Source: the human T2T-CHM13v2.0 reference genome, Homo sapiens. Taken from it: 64,000 nt of DNA. Position numbers and translations under genes: made by a program. This document shows, piece by piece, positions 43,905-58,320 of the stretch. Numbering within the stretch: the stretch's first letter is position 1; each line of letters opens with the position of its first letter. The notes below the pieces were generated by a model. It ran no database searches, was not told the origin of the DNA, and saw nothing but the letters and a program-made list of their open reading frames with translations. Location of the stretch: the NCBI RefSeq assembly GCF_009914755.1, contig NC_060947.1, one strand, 5' to 3'.

Positions 43905-44160
43905 AGCGAGGCAATGATGTGAACTGGGAAGGGCAATGGACCTAGGACTAGAAGCGTGGATTTGGGGCCCAACACTTGTATTTATAATTTGTACAACCTT
44001 GGGCAAGACACCTAACCTCAGAGCTGCAGGTTCTTTATCTTCAAGTTCGAAATGATATCATCCCTACCTATCTAACTGGGTCGCCGTGAAGTTCATATGA
44101 ATCAAAGGTATATAACTGCTTTGAAAAGTACAATTTCATAAATAGAAAGTACTACTATTA
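43905..44160 (+). mobile_element. MIR SINE
   Basis: ACCTTGGGCAAGACACCTAACCTC core. Confidence 0.65.
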
Positions 44161-46442
44161 GTCTTCAAACATAAAAGCGGTTATCAAGAAAACCTAAAAC
44201 CTCTCTCCTTCTATGTGTGTTTGCATATTTATAATTTTTTTTTATTTTATGATAGTACACATGTGGAGTCTCTGAGCCCCTTGAGAAAAGGGAAACCTGT
44301 TTTATTCATCTCTGTATCCCTGGCACTGAGCAGTGTTCTATACACACAGTAGGAGCATAGTTAGTTAGGCTAGGTTGAGTGAATGGATAAATAAACCAAC
44401 TGTATTTTGAATTATTCTCATGAGGTAATGGTTTACAGTGTCCCACGATTTACCATGCACACTGTTTGATAGTTTGAGTATTCAGGTGTCTAAGAATGGA
44501 TGGAGGAAGCTAACAAAACAGAGTTTAAATTGAGATGATGTCATAATTAGCTTATTTATTGTGACCTAGAATAAAGAACATGGTGATTCCACAACAGTTT
44601 TGGGGCAGTCTGGGATATTAAGGTGAGTTTTGGTTGTGGCAACCCAGAGGAAGGTTGCAGTGGCCCATCTATCTATCCCAGATGTAAGATATGCTTCACC
44701 CCTCTTTCTTGATCCATGAAGTTCAAAAGGAGGCACCAAGCATTTCCGTCCTTCTTCAAGATGAAGGTAGGCAATATGAGTTGGCTGTAGAAGGTCTACA
44801 ATCAGCCAAAGGCTTAACAAGTAGCTTTTCTCTCTCTTTACAAATGAGTCCTGATCACAGTGAGGTATTTCCTTTGGCTTAAAGCTATCCAAAGCACTGA
44901 TTTAAATACAGTTCCTTAGAGGTAAAATTGTATGGATTTCCTTCTCACTAAGTAAGGAAACTGAGACAAACACCAGTTAAAGGCCTCAGGGTAGTCAGAA
45001 TGCTTCACTGACTGTCCCTTTTGGAACTAAGGACAACCAGAGCATAATGGATTGGATCTGAGATTCTCACATCAGAAAGTGAACAGAAGAAAACTGAATG
45101 TCATTCTGAGACTTCAGTAAAGGATAATGTCCATTTTCTCATCCACCAAATAGGGATAATTATCTCTAACTTACTAAGTGGTCGTGGGGATCAAAACAAA
45201 CAACGATAACAAAACAGCCTATTTGTCTGCTATTTAAGTGCTCACATGTTCCAGAATGGATGGTGCAGGCCAACAACATGGGGCTGAGTTTGAAGTCAGA
45301 ATTAGCTTCTTTATTATCAGCTAGATTTGTTGCTTTCTAACCAGCAACAATGACAACAAAACTTAGCATATGGAGGGGCCCAGCAGAGCTCCTGGCATGT
45401 AGTAGGTGCTCACTGAATGTTAAGAAATACAGACCTATAATGAGGGATGCTTGGCAATGGGTATGTAGAATGCTAAAGATAACCACTCACTTTGCCCATT
45501 TACATCAGTTAGACCATTGCCACCATTTGCACTCCCAGCCTCTTCCATTCCCCCAACTCTACTCTATTTCCCTCTGTGTTCTCTTGTGTCTTTCTCTAAT
45601 TTTTTTCAACTCTCACTTTTTTTCCTCCCCTACTTTTTGCTTGGTTCCTCAGTGAGATCTATGAGCATAATATACTCCAACTACAGTAATTCACCTTGCT
45701 GAAGTGGCTGCTGAGTTCTGCTTTGAAGGAAATTTACTTATTTAATTTTGGTGGGGGGAAGTTGTGGCTGGACCACTTATAGAAATGTAGGTCTAGTTTT
45801 CTGGGAATGTTTAAAGAAACCATGCGCAAATGTACATTGTCTTCCTCCCTCTCTCCTTCCTTCCCTTCCTTTCTTCCTTTCTTCTTTCCTCATTCCCATC
45901 CTCCCCCTTTCTTCCTTCCTTCCTTCAATCAATCATATATCCATATTCATATATAGATATATATATTTAATCTTTTACCTATAACTCTTGTCAATTCTAT
46001 CTTCATTTTTCCCCTTTGGGCTTATGAGTATTTATAGTTGGTGCTCCATAAATGTTTATTATGAGTAACAATGATAATAGTGATAGAAAGAGCAACACAT
46101 GTGCTATTCCTCAGTGCTTTTTATCTCATGTACAAAATTAAACACTAATGTTGCCATCAGTTACTCCCAAAAAGATGGTGGAAGCATATTTGTTAGTAAT
46201 ATTTTGATAATAACTATATAAACAGATATTTGTCATGCTATTCTGACTCCTACATCTTCATTCACAGAAGAACATTTTATTTACATTGTCAAGTAAGAGG
46301 GTGGCAATTTAAGTGACACTTGCAATTTATCACTTGCTTTGCTTTCCAAGGCAAGTCCTAGGAGTTGCATTTTTGAAATGGGTCTAGAATCATTCTTTTC
46401 TAAGTGTTTTCAAATATACTCAGAAGGATAAAACAGATCTCT

Positions 46443-46516
46443 ATATCCATATCTCATATTTCTATGGAGGGTTCATAGAGATATTTGTCCTCCATAGAGA
46501 TATGAGATATAGATAT
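46443..46516. other. Inverted repeat: 28-bp arms, 18-nt loop
   Basis: ATATCCATATCTCATATTTCTATGGAGG pairs with CCTCCATAGAGATATGAGATATAGATAT at 26 of 28 Watson-Crick positions. Confidence 0.93.
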
Positions 46517-46809
46517 TACCTGAACTTGCACCCTGGAATATTTTCCTTGTCTCAGGTAGTTTAGTTGATTGAAAGCCTCCAGGGTTTATAACATGTCTGT
46601 CTAACTGCCTCTTGACATTATAGGCTTAAAGTCTATGTGTAAAGAATCCACTTGGTGGAGGGCAACTTTCTTTTGGGTGTGTATTTTACAATCAAAGTGA
46701 GATATTCCAAAATGCAAAGGAAAATATATGCACAGAAAGAAACATGACACTGAACAAAATTGGACAGGCCTGACAAAAAATAGGTGTGGATAAATGAAAA
46801 CTTGAACCT

Positions 46810-47075
46810 GGCAGTGAAGAGCACATGATTTGGAGTGGGCCAACACTGGCTCTACCATTTATTTGCTTTGGAACACTGGGGAAAGTCCTTCTCTGGTCCT
46901 CAGTTTCCTCACATGTGAAATGGGGATAATAATCGTCTCTACCTCATAGTGTCATTGTGAGTCACAAATGAAACAAATGCATTGAAAATCATTGTGCGGA
47001 TAACATGAAATAATATTTATCTAGTGCTTAGCAGATAGAACATTGGATAAATAGGGGCAGTTATCACTATTATCC
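46810..47075 (+). mobile_element. MIR SINE
   Basis: CCTCAGTTTCCTCACATGTGAAATGGGGATAATAATCGTCTCTACCTCATAG. Confidence 0.8.
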
Positions 47076-47188
47076 TATCAGACAGGTTGTCTGTGTCAGC
47101 CCTTCGTTAGGATGGCATCATCTGCCTAGGACCAACAGTGGAGGGCAGTGTAGAGGCATGATTTTATTTGACTATTTCAATTAGTAAG

Positions 47189-47636
47189 TGTATCAGGTTG
47201 CTAGTGCTGCTGTAACATTGTACTACAAACCAGGTGGCTTAAATAACAAACATTTATTGTCTCATAGTTCTGGAGACTAGAAGACTGCGGTGATGGCAGG
47301 GCCATGGTCCATTTGAAGCCCCTAGGGGAAGATACTTCCTTACATTTTCCAGATTTTGGTAGCCCCGGGCGTTGCCGTAGCACTTCAGTGTCTGTCACCA
47401 TTGTCACATGATATTCTTCTCTGCATGGGTGTGTGTCGATGCCCAAATTTCCCTCTTCTCATAAGGACATCAGTCATATTGGATTTAGAGTGCACCCTAC
47501 TCTAGTAACTGTTCATCTTAACCTCACAAATTAATCTGCAGTGGCCCTGTTCAAAAATAAGGTCATATACACAGGTACCAGAGGTTAGGATTTCAACACA
47601 TCTTTTGAGGGTGGGAACGCAGTTCAACTCATAACA
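47189..47636 (-). mobile_element. MLT1C-like MaLR solo LTR
   Basis: TG..CA termini with near-TSD GTAAG/GCAAG. Contains GGTGGCTTAAATAACAAACATTTATTGTCTCATAGTTCTGGAG and TAAGGACATCAGTCATATTGGATT. Confidence 0.88.
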
Positions 47637-47939
47637 GCAAGTGTCTGTTAAGGTCTTATAGTATACTAGGTGCTGATCTTGATATGGAAGGACTGGTCAG
47701 AAGGGCAGAGGAAAGAGGGCTTTAAATGAGGGAAATTGTGTGAGTTCTGGTTCAGGAACAACAACAACAACAACAAAAACCCACAAGATTTTGTTCAGCA
47801 AGTAACACTGTGTTGTCAGAGTATGGATTTCCCAGTGAGCATGGTGGGTAGAGTTGCTGAGAAGACAGGCTAAGTGACACGTATCCACGCCTTCTGATAT
47901 TTGGGGTTGCACTGGCTCTTTTTTTGTCTTATTCCCCCT

Positions 47940-48735
47940 CTTAAAGAATGGCCCTTCCCTCCACTCAGGCTCGCAAGAACTCGACCAGCGAGACCTTGTA
48001 ATTTCCTACCTCTTCTCATCTTCATGTGAGATGTCCTCTTTCATCAATCACTGTAGGCTGTCAAGCTGGCCTGTGCCTGCATCATTACTGCTTGGAACAT
48101 GGCAATGACTTCTTTCTAACTTGTTTTTCTGTTTCCAGTCCCTTCTCCCTAGTTCGTCCTCCATACTATTGCATATCTGAACATGTCAACACTCTGCTAA
48201 AAACTCCATCAATGATTGTCCAACACTAACATGATGAAATTCAAACTCCTTAGTTTAGCATAAATGCCTAATATGCCTACTCCCTCAATTCTTAGCCATC
48301 CTGCAGTGCCATTACAATGAACTACCACTGTAGCATCTCAACTGCCCCAATGTGTGTCATGCCTCACTACCTTTGTATACCCCAGTCCTCTGGGCAATGT
48401 TCTCTTCCTTTCTCTCCCTTTACCATCTTGCTAGCTCTTTCTCAAGTCTTCACCACTCAAGTATTACCTTCTCCAGGAAGCCCTCCTTGATCTAGTGTCT
48501 AGTCTGAGATAGGTTCTCATTTTTCTCATGCTTCATGAGTATAGGGCTGTGGTCAGTCCTCTACCTTGTCATATAGCACAGTGTACCACAGTCCCTAATT
48601 ACCGTGGTTTTCCACTCCACCACACAATGAGAAGTGTGGCTTGCAAAGGCCTATGGCTCATGTCTCTCTGTAGCCCCCATGCTGAGTGCTGGGCCTAGCC
48701 CAGGGCAGAAGGCCAATTTAAATGTTCATGGGCTG
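47940..48735 (+). mobile_element. L2 LINE 3' region
   Basis: AAATTCAAACTCCTTAG, ACCTTCTCCAGGAAGCCCTCCTTGA, TCTCTGTAGCCCCCATGCTGAG. Confidence 0.65.
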
Positions 48736-50024
48736 GACAGTAGAAAGGTAGCAGGCTAGCCAACCTCATGGCCTGGGAGTTACCTCTGAGATGATTGATT
48801 CCCTAACGTCCTCTGGCAAAAATGTAGATCAAAATATCTCTTCTACCACATACAAACACTTTGATAAGGGAGAAATTTAATGCAACTGAGAGATACGGAG
48901 ACAAACTTTCTAATTATACAGCTCACGGGCCTGGCATTTGGCAGGGATCATGTGAAGCATTCACTTTTCTCCATTTTAAGTCACCATTTCCCAAAGTTGA
49001 ATTATTGAGAGCACATTAGGCAGAAGATGAGGAGTGAGAATAAAAAAAAAAATAACTTCAGTAGACAATCACCTTGTAAACATCTTGAGATGAGGCTGGC
49101 TATTAAACAGGAACGTTCGGTACCAACTGAAGCTCAGGTGAGTTTAGCCAAGCAAATCAATGCAAGTTAATCTTCCAGTGTCAGCTGGCTGAGTTTTGGA
49201 CTAGTGATGAATGCCTTGACTGGAAAGATGAAATGCTGGAATGCCAGCCAGTGTTCTGACAGCTACAGATGGTGCCAATTACTGCCAGTGGAGCCTGTCC
49301 TGCTGTGAGCCCAAGATGTCTGATTTGTGGCCACAGGAAAATGAAAAAGAGGCCTTCCAGCTGGGCCTGTCACCTGTCCTTCTGTCCTTTATTGTTCTGT
49401 AACCAAAATTGTATTCAGGTTTGAAAACCTTTTTTTTTCTTTTTTTCTTTTTTCTTTTTTTTTTTTTTTGGTGATGATGGTGGGGGCATTGGACATGGGG
49501 CGGAAACAGGAACAATGTTACTCATGTTAATCATACAGCCATGCTCATTGCCAAGCGTATGCCTGAGGAGGTGAAGCAAGTCACTACCAAGGTTGGCCAC
49601 TTCTTCCCATCCCGTTCCTAGCAAACAAAAGACTGTCAATTAACCTGAAACATGGAGAAAAGCAAATGAAAATAGCCCCAAGGCTCATGATGGCCATGGG
49701 ATTTTGTACACATAAGCATGATCTATTGTATCTTTTGAGGAGGATGTTTCTGCTAGGAAGATTGCTGTGCCTCTCTCCTATGGCAGACCTCAGAACTGGG
49801 TTCTCCTTGTGTTTAGGCCATGGTAACAAATGAACTCAGGTACATGTTTGGAGTCTAACACCCAATGGCCCTCTACTGTGCTCATCCTTTGAGAGAGTAG
49901 GCTGCACTCAAACTTTAGAGGTATCCAACAATGATACCTTGGCATAAATTGCATAAATTGCATCCTCATTATAAGAGTAACAATATAAAAAATAATAAAA
50001 TCAACAACAATATCTGCAGTCACA

Positions 50025-50235
50025 TTCATTTATTGAGAACTTATGATGAATAAAATATTAGACCAGGTCTTTTACCTACTTTGCCCTTAATCATTTTAAC
50101 AAAATTGCCTGAGAGATATTACTATCCCATTTTACAAATGAAGGCACTGAGTAACAGAGAGGTTGAATGGCTTGCCCAAGGCCACAGAATTACTGAGTAA
50201 TGCCACCTAGATTTGAACACAATTCTCCAAATCTT
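50025..50235 (-). mobile_element. MIR SINE
   Basis: TATCCCATTTTACAAATGAAGGCACTGAG..GAGGTTGAATGGCTTGCCCAAGGCCACAG. Confidence 0.82.
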
Positions 50236-51509
50236 ACAAGGGAGTACAACCAAGAAGTGAAAAGAATACTATTACTTTCATGTCATATAGTTAGAGTAAG
50301 GTGTTCAATTTATGTTGCAATGAGCATAAAGGAGCTAACGCTAAGCGCTTTAGTAGTAGTGGAATAGCAATAGGGAGGACAGAAGCAACAGCGGAGTTAG
50401 TAATTAATACATCATTTAGACTTTTACTATTATTACTGTTAGCCAAGTTTTGCTTCCAGTAGGTCACCACTGAATATTATGGTTCTGGTCCTAGATAATG
50501 GATAGATAATACTAGGCACACGGGTAGTTTTTTTTGTGAAGCAGGCAAGCATATAGGGTCAGCTGGTACCCAGTTTGAGTCAAGAAGAGACATCAGCCTA
50601 GTCTAGTTGTCAAGCCATAGGGTGGCATTTGACTCTTACAGCACACCTAAAGAAAGCCACTCTAGCCATATCCATCAATAATTCCATCAGTCCTTGGAGA
50701 ACCCTTCGGAGGCAGTGTGAGGAATGGAAAAGTCAGTCCCAAAAGCCCTACCCCCACAGGGACCCTGTGAGCAGTGTCACTCCTGCATGGCCTAATCTTC
50801 TGCTCCACATCAACTGAACTCTCTTAACCTGGATGTTGTCCTGCATCCAGTGTGATTTCCTGGGAGGTGGAGTGGGTTCTGGGATCCTCTTACCAGGATT
50901 TGGTCTGGAAGATCAGGTACTCTAATAAAAGACCATTTCCTCCTTTAATAAAACATGGAGCACAAACAGGCTCCAGTGCCCTCTGAGAAAATCCCAAGAC
51001 AACACAGTTTCTTAAAAGGCACTTCCTCCAACTTTGTGGGCAAGCAGAGATTAGAGTTTGGGTCCTAAGAAAACTTAGCTTACTAAGATATGGCTGGTGC
51101 CTCTAGAACACTTTTACTTCTCTGACATAATGTCCGTCTTTGATAAACTTTCAGTGCATTTCTCCCTTTTCCTGTTCTCTTACTCAACACAAATCGTCAT
51201 TGACTGCACTTCGACATTTCTTTCTGTCTTTGTCGAGACATCTGTGATCTCTAATTGATTTTTTCTCCAAAAGACAATTGATTATAAAAACTTAAGTGAC
51301 TCAAAATTATTTTACTTGTAATACTTTAAATTATTATGGATAGTATATCTTGGCCACTTTAGTTTGCAGTCCTGGCTTTTCAAGATGGCCAAGAGTTTCT
51401 TGAAGAACTAGCAACAAATCAGAATGATTTTTTAGTTTTAAAAGAACTTTATATTTTTAAAAAATAGAGTGTTGAAGGGCTATAGGCCAGTTTTCCTCAG
51501 TAATTTCCA

Positions 51510-52065
51510 TGTGGCGATTGTTTAGGGGTTTTCCAAGACCACCCAGTATTCATTGACTTGCTAGAAGGACTTGTGGAACTTAACATGCAGTCAAACTCAA
51601 GACTGAGAGACACAACAAGAATAAATATTACAGCAAGATCAATAAAGGAAAAGACACATCAAGAAGAGTCTTGAGGAATCCATGTGCAGGCTTCCTATGC
51701 TCTATCCCTGCCATGAGGGGCCGCACAGCAAGCTCTCACCATAGCAACAAAAATGCAGCCACATACGTGCAATATTTCTTTCCAGGAAAATCCATTTGAG
51801 ACTTAGCGTCCAAGGTTTTTACTGGGGTCTGGTCACACAGGCCCACTCTGCCTAGCAACTACCAAAATTTCAGATTCCCAGAGGGAAAACCAATTTAGGG
51901 CCCCAGGTGGGCAAAACAGTCTTGTCACGGAGGGGAAATTTCTTATCGGTATAGGGAACTGTTTACCAGTCAAGTGCCCAGACTTCAGCCGAAGACCAAC
52001 CTTATAAAAAAGCCTTTCTAAGGAGAGCAGTCTCAGGCCTGCCACTTTAAACTCTGTTCTGCACA
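51510..52065 (-). mobile_element. MER21-group ERVL LTR (MER77/MER68-like)
   Basis: The minus strand begins TGTGCAGAACAGAGTTTAAAGTGGCAGGCCTGAGACTGCTCTCCTTAGAAAGGC, matching the recalled MER21/68/77 5' end. Confidence 0.75.
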
Positions 52066-54579
52066 TACCATCCTTTTGTCCCTTGGCCAAGGTATCTTTA
52101 TAGCAAAATCACTATCAGTATGACCCCATTTGGCAGGGTGAGACTAACCTGCAGTATTGATCTCAGTCGTGTCTTTTAGGGGTCATGGATTTAGCCAGTT
52201 AAAACAAATCCCACCAATCACAAAGGTCTGTGTTAAAAAGCCAGGTGGCTTCCTTCTTAAGTTTTTGTATGAACCATTTTGATCTGGCCTGGGGTATTGA
52301 TTTAGGTGTAGCACAGCTCTGGCAGTGTGTTGGCAGTTGACCCAAAAACCTTGCAAGCCTGAAGTGGTATCCAGATAGCCAGGGCACACACAAGAAACAC
52401 AATCCCCCAGGGCACACATGGTCCCCATGCAGACACACAACTTAACAATTGTTAGGGCATCCTGGGCAGTACAGATTAACAGAGCCCCCAGTGTGGCCTC
52501 CCACCCAAAAAAGATGTGGCAGGCATCCTTTTTCTTGTGCTTTCTGAAAGGCGGAAGCAATGCTTTATAGTCAGATTTAAATGTTTATTTATTTATTTCA
52601 AATTAATAATGACCTATAATCATTGGCTTTATTTAAGCATAATAAAATGGAAATCTGCTTTTTTTGTTTTAGAATTATCTGACTGGAATAACCTAACTGC
52701 TAAAAGCTTCTAAATTAAGATGGACAAATTTTTTTTTTCATTTTATTAAATATGTCCTATAGGAATTGAGCTATTTTGCTCTCAACTTCAAACACAAATA
52801 TTTATCAAATTTTAAGATTCATTTAACAATCGAATTATACCAGCAGACAAATAGCCTTATAAAATGACCCTCAGCATCTGGGAAGCATGTCACAGTTGTG
52901 CATGTTGTATTTCCACCATATCACTTTGCAGAATTGATAGTTTCTGCTCCAAATGACTATGAATGCTAAATTGCACTCTCTTAAATGGGAAATTGGCTTA
53001 TACATTAGAACTTTTGGAAATAAAGATAAATGGAGAGAGTGAAAAGGAGGTCAATGATGATACAGTGCTTTACACTTTGCAAAACACTGTCTCATAGATT
53101 CTCACAATTGTCCTCTGAGGTTGGCATTCTCATTGCCACTTTAAAAGTGAAAAAAAAAATGAGTTTGGAACACGTTGAAAATCACTCTAAATAAACGAGT
53201 AGCAATGTATAGAATTAAAGATAGATATTCTGACTCCCAACTCTACCTTTTGAGCTACTATTAATACCACAAGGCTAGCTAGCTTTTAAGCCTTCAGCCT
53301 CTCATCTTGCTTCAGCATGGAAATTGTACAGCACTAGAGTAAGCCTAGCTGACAATTTGCTAGTGTTCTTTATAGCCTTATAGTGTCTCAAGGCTGATGT
53401 TTCTGTTGCAGATGTTCCTCACTTCTTTGATTCAAGATCAAGAGAGTTCCGATAAAAAGATACTGTATTTTGTATGTTTTCTGTAATTGATGGTGTTGAT
53501 GTCTTTGGTGTTAATACATGAGTGCTTTTGAAGAGCCATTAGAACAGGGAAAAAGTTGCAAGACACAAATCTCAACTTAACACTATTCCGAGACACTAAC
53601 TAGTTAATCAATTGACTGTACATAACTAGCTGAGCTTGGGCGTGGCATGCAATTCTCACTCCAAAAAGAGCTGCTGCCACAGCGTCATCGGGTTTACTGT
53701 CCATTTTCCTTTGTTGTAGGCTGTTTCACAGCAAATCTTTAGCCTTAGCCTTCCCTGGGACTGGCTTCTTGTTAAAGAAATCTCTGCTGTCTACTGAACT
53801 CATTTTCATTTCCTGCCAGCAAGAAGAGAGGGGATAAAACTGGTGCAATCCATAGGCCATAGGCCCCAAGTGGACAGTTTTCTGTAGAGCTGAAGCAGAC
53901 GATGGGTGGGTTTATGTAACATTAAACCCAGGTGGGTACTTACCCACTTTGCCTTGGTGCAACATGTTTTGGACTTGGCACAAATTAGTGTGTTTGTCTT
54001 TCATTCTACTTGGCTACTAGCCAGCAAGGATACTCTATTTTCATTTTGAAATTTCACCTGGCAGATCCTTAAAAGTCACCAGAGGACTTTTCCTGAGTAA
54101 TAAAAAGCAACTTTTATTGAAAACTAATTATTTTTTCCGATGAATATGCCAGCTGTTTAAAAATGCTGCAGTCATGTTAAAGCACATTTTAATAGTGTAC
54201 TTGCAAATGCAGATCCAGGCGTGAAATGCTTTTTGACAGTAACTTGTAAGCACCTTATTCCAATATACCTCTATGCCTAGTTACATGCAGGTCTGGAAAT
54301 CTGATAAATGCCAAAAAATATCCACTAGGTGAGTAAATCAGTTATTTGAAAATGGGCACATATTATAAAGTTCACTATATAACTAACAGGTTCCCCCTGC
54401 TTAGGAATGAAGACTGACAGAAGAAATGCATACCATTATTCATCGAGCAATTTTAAGCTTTTAGAAGGGAGTAGGATTGAATTACTTGGGAAGGTTGCGG
54501 TTATTCTGGGTATACTTGGGTTTGTGTGTCACTCTGCATCTTTGCCTGTGTCTACACACGTAGTTGTGTATTCCCTGTG

Positions 54580-55240
54580 TTCTGGGCTCCACACTAACCA
54601 CTGAGATATGTATGAAACACTAAAATGAATTAAACATTGTCTTTGCCTGCCAGGAATTTACAGCTTCATGGGGTGAATCAGAAGAGAGACAAGAACAGAA
54701 ATGTAAACAAGACAGAATTATGCACGTGTGAAATAGAGGCTTAAGGGATATCTTGGACTTACACAAAGCCTGGTGTACATTCTGACTTAAGGGACCAAAG
54801 AAGAGCGTGATAATAGAGGTCCCATTTGAGCTAGGTCTTCAAGGATGAAAATGGCAATGATTAGTGGAATGTAGAGAAAGGACATTTTTCATTCATTGAA
54901 GGAATAATAACAAAGACACCAAAGAATAAAGGGGCATGGTCGGGAAGGGAGAAGAGCAAAGGAGATGAGGCTGGATGGAGCAGATGACAGAAAGTCTCAA
55001 TGTGACACTACAGACGTTATTTTCTTTTCTGTTTAGATTTGTGAGAGGGAGAATGGATTTGCTCTCTGTTGAGTCTAGGCCTGTGAAAAGGGAACTGGCA
55101 TACCCAGGCTTTCATTCTGGTGGTGAGTAGAAAATGAATTGGAGAGACAGGGAATAGACAAGACTAGAGACAGGGAAACAGACCAGTTAGGAGCTATAAC
55201 AATAGTTCAGGGAAGGGACGACAAGGGTTTGAAAGGGGCA
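54580..55240 (-). mobile_element. L2 fragment
   Basis: CATTTGAGCTAGGTCTTCAAGGATGA and AGACCAGTTAGGAGCTATAACAATAGTTCAGG. Confidence 0.6.
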
Positions 55241-57061
55241 TTAAAACAATTATCCAGTGAATTTAATCAATGCAGAGAGTGATCTCGCTAATTCGGGGAG
55301 TTGGGAAGGAGGCACTTTACTCTCAATTGCTTGTTTTTTATTGGCTTGACTTGGCCAGATAATTGTCTCAACTTTCCACTTTGCTATGCCTATGTCACCG
55401 CCACTGTATAGTTTGGACAAATTGCTTAGTATCTCTAGGTTTCATTTTCACCAGCTGTAAAATAGTGATGATAATTCTTGCTACCAATGGTAATTACCTC
55501 ATAGGAATGTTCTACACATTTGTGTGAGTGGTAGCATATCTGTGGCATGCAATAATCATTAATAAGATTTCTAATACTTCTACTAATGTGCTTGAAGATC
55601 TTCTGAAAAGTCAACACACCCAAATACTAAAACACTTGAAGTGATAAAAGGGTGACTCCATTTGATTAAGCAATAATCCCTGATGGCCTCTCTTTAATTT
55701 GCAAATCCTCTCTGATTTAATTCAAAAATTTTATTTTATAACATAAATGTAATATCCAAAGTTGTCTTAAGAACCTTTCTAGGATTTTTGCAGCAGATTG
55801 GAGGCTGCTTTCCACCAGCTCCAAAGCCGTTCCAAACACCAAAGATTTCCTAGATGATGAGTTTGCCTGTCTGTCTGCAGGTAACAGTTGAAGTCCAGAG
55901 GTGTTTTAGAGTTTAGCAGTGTCCTTTATTGATGACCTAAGGACCCAGTGACAGAAATAAGTTTTGTTATTTTTCTAAATCATGATGAAAACTTTAAGAA
56001 AAAAAATGCCTTTGTTGACTGACCTCAGATTATTGTAGAGTGTTAAGAAAATTAGGGGAAGATTTAGATGACATTTCCTTTCAGGAAGTCAGCCTACTCC
56101 TCCCCCAACATCTACTCCACAAAACAAAACTGCACATTCATGAGATGCACATGCATTGACATGATCCGAACTATGTTTTTCAGAACATCTGGGCTTGGTT
56201 GGCCAGTATTAGCCATACTTACAAAACAAAACACCCAAAGCCAATGTTGCATGTCAGTTCTACTACTAACAAGCAAACAAGTGAAACCATTCCTGGGGCT
56301 TAAAACTAGTTCACCAGGAAATTCAGGCAAGTGAGAATTGAGCTCCCCATTGCCAGTGCAGCTTTCTGATGGTGGTGTGGTCTCAGGAAGCCAAGCTGTG
56401 GAAGACAGAAGCTCCATTTCAGCTATTAACAGCCTAGATGTTGAAGCATGTTATTCCAGGATGAGGTGTTTGGCAGCCAGGAAGATTGTGTACATAAATC
56501 TGGGCAAGACTTTAAAGGCCTCTGTCTCAGATCAGCTCTTTCTGACAAGTCATTTCAGTGAGACCATTTCAAGGTATGGCATCCAGTTCCTTGAGTGACC
56601 TAAATCTCCCCGATGCTGCTCTACCCCCAAAAAGATCCCAAAGAATTCATTTCTATCTATGCCTAGCCAAGTGTCTTAGACCAATTTATAGAGACGAGTT
56701 CTGCTGCACGTGTCCACACCTCAGAGTTTAGCAGTAGCAAGCCAGGCTGTATGTATCTTTTCCCAGCTGGTCTTGGCAAAGCACCAGTCCCAAAGGACCT
56801 AAACTGAAGTGGCAACGTTTGATTTATCTAAATGAGTTGCTTTCATAGGAATGGGAAGATTTTCTCTGTGAGTGTGTGGGGCTGGCCCTCACTTGATATC
56901 TGACTACAGGTTCACTTTTTATACTCCATCCCCAAGCATCTGGGAAATTGCATTTTCCTTCAAAGTGCAACCCCTACCTTTTCTCAGAAATAACAGAAGA
57001 AAGGAAGCATTTCGGACAAAGCACTTACTTTAGAACAAGGTAGAAAACTCTAAAATTTTAG

Positions 57062-58320
<1,259 letters not shown>

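Noticed and set aside
49430-49469. Orphan ~40-nt poly-T tract as the tail of a retro-insertion
   Set aside because: I found no recognisable element body or TSD next to it.
53929-53948. Short hairpin GTGGGTA-CT-TACCCAC
   Set aside because: A 7-bp stem is expected by chance in 64 kb.
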